Source: Bilabrum cf. latius (taxonomy: Eukaryota). Taken from it: a stretch of 64,000 nt of DNA. The first letter of the stretch is position 1; each line of letters starts with the position of its first letter. The notes under the pieces were generated by a model. That model was not told the origin of the DNA, made no database searches, and saw nothing but the letters and a program-made list of their open reading frames with translations. Position numbers and translations under genes: made by a program. Positions 11,701 through 22,863 of this stretch are shown here, piece by piece. The DNA is taken from contig OZ237736.1 of the NCBI GenBank assembly GCA_965178125.1, positions 1,302,001 through 1,366,000 of the forward strand. The letters are read 5' to 3'.

Positions 11701-13784
11701 GGGAGGCCACCAGAGGGACCCGCCGCGTCGCTCTTGTATGCCCCGCCCGACTTGGAGTGGTCTCCATTCAATGAGCTCTCATCCGCATTCGTTTCCTTAA
11801 TCATCTCAGCCAGAAGACAGAGATAATGCCAAGACCGCCAGCGGTGCGCAGAGATTGCAGTATCAATGGGTGACTGGTCCTGGCAACGCCGCCAGACGAG
11901 ACTCTTGCCGTCTTTCGATACGTGGTGAACTGGGAGGGCGCCATTCAGACCAGCGTCTGCAATGGACAACACCTGGGCTAGCCATCGCTGCCAATCAATC
12001 CTAGGCAGTGCCGACACAACAGACGCGAAAGCTCCCGCGTCCACGTCCAGGTCGCATCCGATCGCAGACTCCATGACGTTCAGCCTCACCCCATCCTCCA
12101 GCACAGCCGTCTACAGCCCAGTCGTGCAGCACGCGCTCTGCAAGTGCATTTCCTCGGCCTCAAGCTGCGGGAGCCTGGAACGGAGCTCCCCCACATCGAC
12201 GGCCTCGAGCAGGTCCAGAGCGTTCACGTCGTCGTCATCATCTTCCTCGCAAGCATCGCGGTCCCCCAGGTCTTCTGCTGCCCACGAATGCAACACCCCC
12301 GATGTGAATGGGTCCCAACTGCCGCAAAGAACGGGAACGGTTCGAATGGCTTCAGCAAAGGACCTTGCCTGGCTGTCTACTCGCTTCATCTCGTCAGCTG
12401 TGGCTGCTGCGTGCTCCAGGCGAAGCAGCGGCGGCAGGCTTATTTTCACCTCAATTGAGCACGCCGTCTTTTCCAATGCTTCATCAGATTCAAATGGAAG
12501 CCCACCTTGCTTTGCATTCGGCACAGGGGGCACAGCAGCGAGTCCGCTCGGGCTCGGACTCGCGACGGGTGATGCCACAGCGCTCTACCCTGCTGCAGTC
12601 GGAGGCCCGGCGGCGTGCCCGGTGGTGCGTTCGGCGTAAGAGGTTCCCTCCGGCAGGACTGCCTCTCCACGTCGCAGCAGGAGCGGGAATTCCCTCAAGA
12701 GGTGCCTCCTGCAGCAGAAGCCCGGGCTGGCAACCTCGGCCTCCATGAGGGCTGCGAGCCTGGCGGCGGCGGGTCCCACCGGGGAGGGCCAGCTGCTTGC
12801 GATCGCAATTACGGGCGGGATAGCCTCCAGCGTGAAGGCCGGATCGGGCACCGGGCGGAGGTGGAGCAGCTGTTCCAGCTGGAGGAGCAGAGTCTGTGCG
12901 AGAGAGGCGCTCAGGGTGGGGTGAGACCTCCGCAGCGAAGGCAGCTGCACGAGGAGGTGCGTCACCGTGTCGAACGGGACATCCAGCCTGGCTCCCTCCA
13001 GCACAGAATCCGCAACTGCCGTCCATGCGAAGGGGTACTGGTTGACAGTGTACAATGCCCTCTGCAGGGTGACGGGGCAGGGTGGGGCCACCACCAAAGT
13101 GTCCGCTCTGTGGCAAATGGCCGACGATAACAGCATGGTCCTGCACAGATCATCGCCCGCAACAGCTCTACGATGCAGACACGCGCAAGCAAACGCCTCA
13201 TTCGGCAGCATCACTGCCTTCTTCGTCCGCTCTGCTAACTCCTGTCGCCACTTTTGCAGAGCTTGCCGGATCCGCCCCCTGGGAGGAGCCAACGCTGGCG
13301 TCAGGAACACAGTCGTGACATACAAAATAGTTGATATAATAGATGAGGCCAACAATTGGTCTACGACCGGAAGCCCGCCACCGGACGACCGTGCTTTGTC
13401 TTCCATGATTCGACGAGAGTCGTTCAACAGTGCCAGGAGATCCTCAAGCAGGGCGGCGACCGCCTTCGGCTCGGATGATAGGCAGAGCCATAACTTTACT
13501 GATGAAATCGGGTCGTCCGAGGGAAGAGCTGGTGGCCCGCCAAGTCCAGGAATGACCGTTGCTGCTGCTGAAGTTGGCACCCTTGTCGAAAGATCTATCG
13601 AGGCTCGTACAGACGCAACATCCTTGCGGAGAACTTCGGGAATGTTTGCAACCATATCATAAGAAGCGTCGCCCTCCAATCGATGCATTATTTCCTAGTA
13701 TTGTGTCCTTGCGGCTTGCTGCCGGGATGCTCCGGGTCCCTCAGGCAGAACTTTAGGCAATCTCGGTAAATAAGCTTCATACAT
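8799..13784 (-). CDS. PI3K class IB regulatory subunit p101/p84 (PIK3R5/6)-like protein
   Basis: Five ORF pieces in one frame, joined across 7 TAGs (13695, 12585, 12111, 10260, 10161, 9411, 9330). ATG at 13784, TGA at 8799. Colinear motifs IVVAGND, LFIVP, LAQWLAVTDPWYCREV, LLHSYLRNA..LKLFTVEL, FSSLELG and VLIDGE resemble the p101 C-terminal region as I recall it. Confidence 0.65.
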
Positions 13785-13824
13785 TTGCCATTCTGGCGCA
13801 TATTGCAATGAGGAAGATATTTAA

Positions 13825-16800
13825 ATGAGCCGACGACCTATCTCGCCTCCTTTGCCCCTGCACGTGCTTCCGAAGGTGCCCTTCGATCCTTCCCCTGCAC
13901 TGGATGACAACGGACGGGCACGCGCAGAGGCATTTCAGGGCAGCAAGCACAGCCTAGAACCAACTACTGCGTCTGCAAATACGTTCAGATGCTGGGCACT
14001 GTCGGAGATATTCTCCAAACTCTCTGGTGTTGAGACTCTTGCACCACCAGCAACAGATGTGTCTCGCGATGACGGGAGCAATGACGATACGATAGAGATA
14101 GACTCAGAGTTCGAATGTGGGAACATTGACACAGTGTTAAAAGTGGCATCCTCAGAGAACTCTGCTGCGTGAGTTTTGAGAAGCGTGTGCGTCATGCGCC
14201 TTTGAGCAGCCGCGGAATGTTGCCACCTATTCACTTACATTGGCACTCATGTCGCAGAGAACGGGTGCTTTGTTCGGCAGCAAGAATAGGAACAATCGTG
14301 TAGTAGCGTGTGTGCCGATCTTCAGGCGATACATCGTCTGTTACGGGGTGCGACGGACGTCGCTCTGCAAGTCCGTATGGCGAAAACGCCACACCCCGGG
14401 CTGGGCCGTGCGATGCTAGAACGCATATTGGCATTCCTTGGAGCTGCTCGTGTCATATCGATGGGGACTATGACCTTAGGATGAGGAATGATGTTGGCAC
14501 GGCAGGAAACACGCAGTGGTTTTACTTTCGCGTGCGAGGCGCACGAGCCGGCTCGGCAATTCGATTTAGGGTGTCCAATTTCCTTAAATCCGATTCTTTG
14601 TTCAATTACGGCATGCGCCCGGCTGTTCTATCGCGCCGGCTTGCTCGGGGGGACATGCCAGACGAGCGGGCCGACGCAAAGCTGCGGCGATGCACGTCAC
14701 CTCCTGTCGTGCCGTGTGAGCTCAGAGCTCCGAGTGAAGCCGGTGAAGCAGAGTACGGCAGAAGTGAGGCGAGTTTATACTGCGAAGAGAACCACAGCAA
14801 TGGATCAGGAGCTATGCCAATGGCAGGCGCGTCGGGACATCGCCCCGAATCGAATTCAGTTCGGACTGTAGCGGGGGCTGGGAGCGGACAGCGGGACCAG
14901 CCCGACCCTAGTATTGACGTGTATCCTGGTGGTGAAGGATTCCCGGAGCCGGGGACTGGGTGGCATCGCGCTGGCTTTGATTGCTGCTACTACCCAACTG
15001 GACGGTACCACGGTGAAGGGACTGCGGGTCCGCCGTCGAGGCGAAGACGACTGTATGCGGCGACGTGGACGTACGTGTTCCCGTTCGATGACGACGAGGT
15101 GTTCTTTGCTTACGGCGTGCCGTACACGTACACTCGGCTACAGCATGTGCTGGCAGGGGTGGATGCGCGGCTCGGTCCCAGTCGACAGTGCAGGCTGAAG
15201 CCCCTTTGTTACACGCTTGCCGGCAACCGGTGTGACACGCTCACGATCACCGCACCGACTCGAAATCCTGCCGTGCTGGCCGAACGGCACGGCGCAGTGC
15301 TGAGTGCCCGCGTGCACCCTGGAGAGGCGAACTCGTCTTGGATGATGGAAGGAGTGCTGCGGTTCTTGTCGAGCGAAGCACCAGCAGCGCGGTAGCTACG
15401 GCAGAACGTCGTCTTCAAGATAGTTCCTATGCTCAACGTAGATGGCGTGGTGGTTGGAAACTATCGGTGCTCACTCGCTGGAACAGACCTCAATCGTAGG
15501 TGGAAGAAACCCCCTAATTCCCTCTATCCGACGATCGCTGCGATGAAGCGCCTGCTGTCTCGAACCCGCCGCGAGAGACGGACGGCTGTGTTCTGCGACT
15601 TTCACGGGCATTCTCGCAAGTTTAATGCTTTTACCTACGGGTGCTAGCCACCCATTCCGCCTCTGCCTGCATCGATCTCAAAGGAGTAGCTGGCGCTAGG
15701 GCGGATCGCAGAAGGCATTCCAACGCAGCAGGTGCACGCGCTGCACCTGTTCCTTCGCGCCAGGCAAGCAGCCTTAGAGAGTAGGGTATTCCCACATTTG
15801 GTGTTTAGGCAGACCCCCTGCTTGGAAGACAGGATTGTACAGGACGGTCGCGCGGTTGGCACATCGACTGCTGCGAAGCCATCCGATGGACAAGACCGCG
15901 GTGGCTGGACGATACAGTGCGTGGATGCCCCTCCAGGACTAGAGGCAGAGGGGCATGCTGCTGAGTCAGCTGCAAGTGCAGCTGCGAAGGCACTTAGTGA
16001 GTTGCCTTTTCTGTGGTCAGATAGCTCCGTGCACGGCGATGCAGCCTCTGGTGGAGCCGATGGCAAACTTGCCGAGTTGTAGAGCACTGTGGATCACCAC
16101 GGCTGCTTTTCGTTCAAGCATAGCACTTTTAACATTTCGGCTTCGAAGCGAGGAACAGGACGTGTTGTGACGTATGCAGACATAGGCATCAAGAACTCGC
16201 TCACACTCGAGGCATCCTTCATGGGTTCTGGCCACAACGGGCTCTTGAGATGCAGGTCAAAGCTCAGGAGGTTGCAGCGAAGAATTGATGCTGCCGTGCG
16301 AAGGCACGCCCCTGTGAGCCCGAAGCCCGGTTCTGACGGTGCTGCTGGTTCTTCAAGAGCTACTAGTGCTGGGGTGTGGCCACGAATGAACCTCGACAAA
16401 GCGGTCGGAATTGACGCTGCAGTGGCTGCCATACAAGCCTGGATGGTTGACCCGATGTCGATCGTTCGAGACTTGGACACTTCTGGTTGGGGAGACGCAG
16501 AGTATGCGGAGCTTGGACACTCTCTCCCTCTTGGGAGCGTGTTTCTGTCCGCACCCGACGTCGTGGCTGTGCAGCTCGTGAGCGGTTCCATGGCCCCAAG
16601 GCACTTCACCACGCAGGATCTAATGAGTGTCGGGGTGCGAGTCTGCAAGGCGCTGATCCCGTTCTGCGGCATTGCTGGGAAGCCGGGCGCAAGTATTGAT
16701 GCTTCATAGGGTGTGGCTGCAGATCCAACCGAGCACCATCTTGGGTCTGATGCTTCTTCGAGAGAGCCGGTATCCACCCGTGAGAGCACGCCCGCATCTG

Positions 16801-19040
16801 TGCAATCGGAGACCTTAGTTGGTTTAGCAAGCGGAGGAAGCGCCAGTGGCTCGCACGAGGGGCTCGAATCGGCTCGAACCGAGGACAGCAGTGGCGCCCA
16901 GTCAGACGGTGCCAGCGATTCAAGGCGCGGGTCAGCAGCATCTGCACGGTCTACTGAATCGGGTGCGCTACTTTCGTAGGAACTAGGTGCCGTTGAACCA
17001 TCCCATGCTAGAGGTTCAGATGAAATTGCGGATTCAAGCGGTGACTTCAGCGTTGACCGCAGCTTGCTTGAGGCGATGCTTGGGGGCCTCGACGACGCTG
17101 CAAGCGGGAGCACACAGGTTGGGGGACTGGCAGCTGGACTGGATCTTCTGGGGCGCGTCGAGTCAGACGATGGGAGCGGAAGTGATAGCAACCCGAGTGC
17201 AGACAACTTGGACCCCGCCACGTCTGCCGCGGCGAGGAAGCGGGTTGCAAGACTCCTGGCAAGGTCCGAGGCAAGGCGGTCAAAGTCCAAAAAGAATGGC
17301 ATGCCTCCAAGCAGACCCCGTTCAAAGCAAAAGGCTACAAAGACCAAACAAAGGCGTAAGGTCTTCGGGAAACTGGTAGCATCGAGCTCACAGCGCTCTC
17401 TCGGTCGATCTATCGCGGCCAAGGGGCGTTCCAGGAAGCCCCGCGCGTTGAGTGCTGAAACAGACATTCGGGCTGGCTCGGCAACGAGAGCAACACGAGC
17501 AGCCGTAGCAACCAAGCAGGCTGGAAAAGGGGGCTTGCTCGGGCCAGTGCGTGGGTCTGGAGGAACTGCACGCACTGCTTTCACCAGAGGTAAGCAGCTA
17601 GCCTCTATTGGCACTCCTGGACAGACTCCGAGTGCGGAGCCGCGTGGCCTGCTGGAGCGGCTCCTGCGCGTTCCTGCCCACAAGAAGGCGGCATCAGAAG
17701 CAGCTCGGGCCGATCGGCTCCGCAGGATGCGTCAAACGTCCAAGAAAGTCCTGTCAGTGCTCCCCGTTGTGGGTGCACCGCGGGAGGAGGACGAACCGCC
17801 CCAGGCGGATAGTGCTCCAGAGACGTGTAGCGAGGCAGGAGAGGACGCCGATGATGAGCAGAACGATTGCGCTTCAGATGCGTCAGGATTGTAGCGGAGC
17901 GAACTGGATGCGTTGGCATCGTCGCCTGTGAGTGGGGCGCGGCCAGCTCCGTTCAGCACGCAAGTCCGGACGTTCGAGCAAGGCACAGGCAGAGGTAATG
18001 CAGGCATTGGAGCAAAGGTCCCGCTGTCCCCGATCGCCCGGGTTCAATCAGGCAATATTAGCGCCACCTCGAGGCAGCATGACCACTGCAGTGCTCTGAG
18101 CAAACCTGCGCCATCCCTGTCACATTTCACACTTGGGGAGCGTATGCTGGGCAGCGGTGCGACTGCTGGTTGGCAAGTCGGCACCACGCTGTCTAGGTCA
18201 CCGTCGCCGGCGACGAGGCGAGGTCTAAGTCCTGTTCGAGCTCATGGGGCGGCTAGCCTGCACGCACGACAGCATTCCAAGCAAACGGGGCCAGGTGGTG
18301 GGGCGGGTGGCTCAGTGCGAAGGGCTCCTGACCCAGCAGGACGTGTTGCTTCGTTGCGGCTGAATGACGATTCCAGACTCGACCACCAGCATCAATACCA
18401 TCAAGGTACACTGGTATCGCCCATTGAGTCGCGGTTAGACGCCTCCATGGGTGTAAAGCCGTCACCAATCGCAGTTGGATCTGCTAGCAGGCTGCCCCAC
18501 GGCACTGGCAGTCACTAGCATGAGCAGCAGCAGCCGTAGTTTCAAGCGAAGCGAGCATTCAGAAACGATCGAAAGGCCGGGCCGCTGAGAGCCAGGGGTG
18601 GCGGTCGCAGTCCCATTTCAAGGCATCGCAGAACGTCTCCATCCTCCCCGTTTGGGTGGCAGGGTCAAGGCCAGCTGTTGTCTCAGGCCACCCAAGCCAC
18701 TGGGCGGAAGCACCAGAGCATGAGGCCAGCCTTTTCCCTTGGCAATCGGACCGTCTCGCGATTGCGTGATCCACCGGAAGGCCTCGTCCCCGGAGTGCCG
18801 GGAGCTGTGCCCACGGCCCTCCCAGCAGATGCCTCGATCTAGTCCTAGCGTGGCGGTGGCGGCGAGGTCTTGGGGCCGCCGGTTGTGGGGCATCGCTCTG
18901 GCGGCGCAACAGGAGTACACGGAGGAATGGGTGGGCGAAAACTGGTGGATATTGCTAGTGCGGGATCACTGCCAGTGACTGCTGGTGGGGCTGTGTCGAC
19001 CCGCAATGGAGTCGGTATTGGCGTCCACGCGCAGACTTGA
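13825..19040 (+). CDS. Cytosolic carboxypeptidase (M14D, Nna1/AGBL tubulin deglutamylase family); join(13825..14168,14258..19040)
   Basis: Motifs [75 protein letters not shown]. Intron 14169-14257 (GTGAGT...TCGCAG). About 13 in-frame TAGs, including 15393 inside the catalytic domain. TGA at 19038. Long low-complexity C-terminal tail. Confidence 0.9.
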
Positions 19041-19267
19041 CGGTGTTGAACACCTGCTGCGATGCAGTGGGTATCGAGTGTGGCGAGCCTCAACGTGGTG
19101 CCTTACAGAGCTTTAGGCTGAAGAGTTGTGCTGCGCACGGATTTGAGCTTTCAAGCTCTCCATTGCGGCAGAGACACACCTCGTTCGTTTGAGCGAACCT
19201 TCGATTGCTGTTGGAGGAACCTGCTCTCGGCAGATCCAGATTTCAGGTCCTTTATTTACACTTCTCC

Positions 19268-22200
19268 ATGAATCTTAGAAAGCGGCCGAAAGATAATGTT
19301 AAAGTTTTTGATCCCCCTACGTAGCTGGCTCGGTCTGCTAGGCGAAGTCGACCAACAATCGACAGATTCTGCCTCTATTTGAGCAAGAACTGCAGTTGCA
19401 TTGGTTTCGCAGTAGCTTGCATCGGAGCAGTCTTGGTATTGCTAGCAGTGCTATCAGTACTTGGGGGGCGTACCAGTGATGTGACGCCGCCATCAATGCC
19501 CGAGGTCTTGCAGGTGCGGTCTGCTGCCCTCGAGGCAGCGACGCGCGGTTCCTCTCAAGATCTGGGCACATCAAAGGAGTTTGCTGGCGTGATATTGCGT
19601 AGGTTAGGCACCCATATAGATTCATCATATCGCCTAGAGCAGGAGCAGGAGCAGCTCGCTGCCTGGGCCCGAGGTTCCTAGCCCGGTGACGTTCTAGTAG
19701 TCGCGAACCAGCTGGCCTTTATCGATAGATCTGGAGGTATCGGCTCGGCGCATCGAAACCTGGTATTGATGCTCGCAGCGGCTGGGCTACGAGTGCGAAT
19801 TCTGTACGTCAGGCAGTACAGCAAAGCGATTCCTTCAAGTGAACACTCGGATGCAGAGTTGCTGGACACTTCTGAATGGCTGCTGCGCCAAGGCTTACGA
19901 CTTGAGATACTTCCGACCCTTGGAATAGCTGCAGGTGACTCGCCTGAATTGACGGCTGAGATGGCGTCTTCCCTTTCAGTGTTCTGGTGGATGCAGCGCG
20001 CCGAGCATGGGACCGGTCTGGAACCTGCGGTACTTTGTTAGGACTATCTGGGGGCATGCGCGCTCCCTATCAGTGCACGAAGGGCACAGGCTGCATTCTA
20101 GAATACTATTATTGCAGTGGTTGCCCATGGACCGCTGCTGTGGGCCAAGGCGATGAGCAGTCACAAGCTGCTGCCGCAGGACCTGTTGACCTCTGGCGCC
20201 GAGCAGTACAGCCTTGAGGAAGCCGACATCCGCTTCTGGTCCAGCGAGTGGCTTCATGGGTATGCGCGCAAGAAAATGAAGTTTGAAATAAGCATGAAGG
20301 CGCAGCCCAGTGACGGCAAGGTCGGGGTAAAGGGGCTTGCAACGCAGGTCGAGCACTTGCTCGCGGGCGAGCACGGGCTAGCACCGCCCGAGGGCGCTGC
20401 AGCGGGCAGCTGGCGTCCTTTTCTTACCGTGCCCAATCCGATGCTTCCACCCTCCGCGGAGGACGCAGCGGGTGCGTTCGCTGCGTACGGTTCATCAGAG
20501 GAACAGCTGCTGGCTCCGTCCTCGACACAGCCACCGCTTGCAGCGACGCATGCGAGCGGGCCAAGGGTTGCCAGCATCAAGGCAATCGCGTTTTTCGGCC
20601 GGATCGAAGTGCGAAAGGGAATTGTCGCGCTGTGCGACGCGCTTGACATGGTCGCAGCGGCGGCAGAGGTAGGCCGACTGGCATCGCTGTCGAACCGAAC
20701 AGCTGCCAGTCTGGCCAGCGGCGCGCCAAATGGACCCAGCCGAATGGCGGGGAAGAATATCCTCATCCAGGTATTTGGGAGCCAAACCCCCATCGACGGC
20801 AAGCAGGGCGGCAAGTACGTGGCGAACCGAGCACGGCGCTGGAGCCGAGCCGGCTGGCGGCTGGAGATGCGGCACGATCTCGACACGGAGCAGGCGATGG
20901 CTCGCATGGTCGAAGCGGGCGCCCTGGTCGTGCTGCCCGGCAGGGGGGACAATAGCCCTGCCACCGTGATCGAGTGCATGCTCTCAGGCCTGCCTGTGCT
21001 CACTGTGGAGGACAGCGGAGCGCAGGAACTCGTGCTCGGGGCTGATAGGGCGGCATGCGTGCTGCCGGACCTTGGCAGGCAGCTGATCCGGCACGAGCGC
21101 CCGGTGACGGGATTTTCGGCCGGAGATATCCGGCAGTTGGCATCTGGGATCGCGACCAGGCTGATCCACGGGGCTGCGATCTGCAGGCCGTCCTTGCCGC
21201 CGCTCGCCACGGTGGGAGCCTGGTACAGCATATTCGCTGGGCTGGCCAGAACAGGGGGGGCGTCATCGGCACAAGCGCGCCATGCAGGTGCGGGGCGCAG
21301 CGTGCAGATGAGCTCTGCAGCTGTTATAATCCGCTCGACTGGCTCCGACCTTACGAGATTTACCGCTTCGCTTCGTAGCGCAGCGGTCGCATGTGGCAAG
21401 TCGACACAGTACCTGAGCCAGTGCACGGTTGTGCCCGTGGTGCTGGAAGCATCACCAAATGTTGCGGTTGGTGCGAGCCTTGATTCTGTAGCTGCTTGCG
21501 TGCATTTGGTGCAGGGCTTTCTACAGCATGAGCAACGATCAAGCAGCGTTGAAATCCTAGCTGCGCGTGCAGTTTCAGGGTCCCTCACTGTCAAGCAACA
21601 TCTGCAAGACGTCGGCCTGCATGTCAGGTTTGTGTACCTGCTGGACGAAGACGCCGTTGTCCATCCGTACGGGTTGCATTAGCTTGCAAGGGCCCACGCG
21701 GCCGTAGTATCGGGTGGACGCGACTCGCAGTACGTGGTCCCGTTTGGCACGCGCAGGACAGTGGATGCAACGTGGATGCAGCTCGACGAGCAGGGCATGC
21801 TATTGCATGATGCCATCGATTCATGCCCTGGGCCAGTCCCAGTGCGGTGCCCAGTGGTAAATAGTGACGGGTACGCGAAGCGGTCCAAATTTAAAGGCGG
21901 CGCTTGCGAGGCTCCCAGCGGTGGGTGGATGGCCGTTCTCCAGTGGGGCGCGAGCACGGGCTCTGCAGGGGGCCTGGCAGAAAGGCGGCTGGGAGGCATG
22001 GGACAGCGGAGGCACGGCGGCGATGTAGAGGCTAGCAGACATGCGTGCGGGCTGAATTTAAATGCGGCGGGGCCCAAGTAGCGCTCCGGCCGAGTGTCAG
22101 CTCGTGGTCTGTTCCCTGTGCGGTCTGCTGCGGCGCTTGCAGCCGGTGCCTTTGTCGGTGACCCGGGGGGTTTGTGGGGTATCCGTTCCGGTAAGCTCAG

Positions 22201-22705
22201 GGGTTTGCCTGAGTATCAGGTCCCGGCGGCACCGCTGGGAATCGGGCAGTAGTTTTCCAGGTTTTGCTCGCGTGCCACGCCTGCCTCAACGCACAGGCCA
22301 GAAGGGTGCACGCCAAGCGAGAAGGCGACCAAGCGGGCACTACTGGCTGCTCTCGAGGACTCGCATGGGGGCGGCACAGTCGTCCCCGTGGCCGTTTATG
22401 CTTGGCTCCCGCCCGAGAAGTTAGCTGTTGCTGACTTGGAGCAGTTGGTGGGCTGGACACGGCGGGAGACAGCTGCGCTTGGAAAGTTGGTCCACGCTTC
22501 CGAGGCCGAGACGAAGGGGAAGGGGAAGGGAAAGGATGAGAGTGCCGTTCGTTTGGGGGTGGAAGCTTAGCGGCAACGAGGAAACAGCCTGTACGGTGGC
22601 TGGAATGCCGGCATTGACTGCTCCAGCGGGGCAGGTTTGCTTCGGCCTGGTCGCCAAGCCGACCTGCTGCGTGTGTGCAGAGATGATCTTCCGATGCCTC
22701 AGTGA
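19268..22705 (+). CDS. Type II membrane glycosyltransferase (GT-B/GT4-like domain, possible degenerate GT-A-like second domain)
   Basis: N-terminal TM segment IGFAVACIGAVLVLLAVLSVL. Motifs GGIGSAHRNL..LAAAGLRV, AFFGRIEVRKG, VLPGRGDNSPATVIECMLSGLPVL, and later FVYLLDEDAVV. 8 in-frame TAGs; TGA at 22703. Confidence 0.8.
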
Positions 22706-22863
22706 ATAGATCGGAGAAGGGCAGAATCTCCCAACAGAAACGAGAAGGAAGATATTTCAATCGCCAGTTGGCCTGCCTCCGAGCCAAGAAGTCTCGGCAG
22801 CAAGCATTCAATCAGACGCATTCGTATTCACAACCTAGCTGCGGGCTACAGCCTGAGGCCCGC

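Noticed and set aside
16094-17683. 529-aa minus-strand ORF, and similar antisense ORFs at 20254-21594 and 58047-59081
   Set aside because: Each lies fully opposite a well-supported gene and has low-complexity composition.
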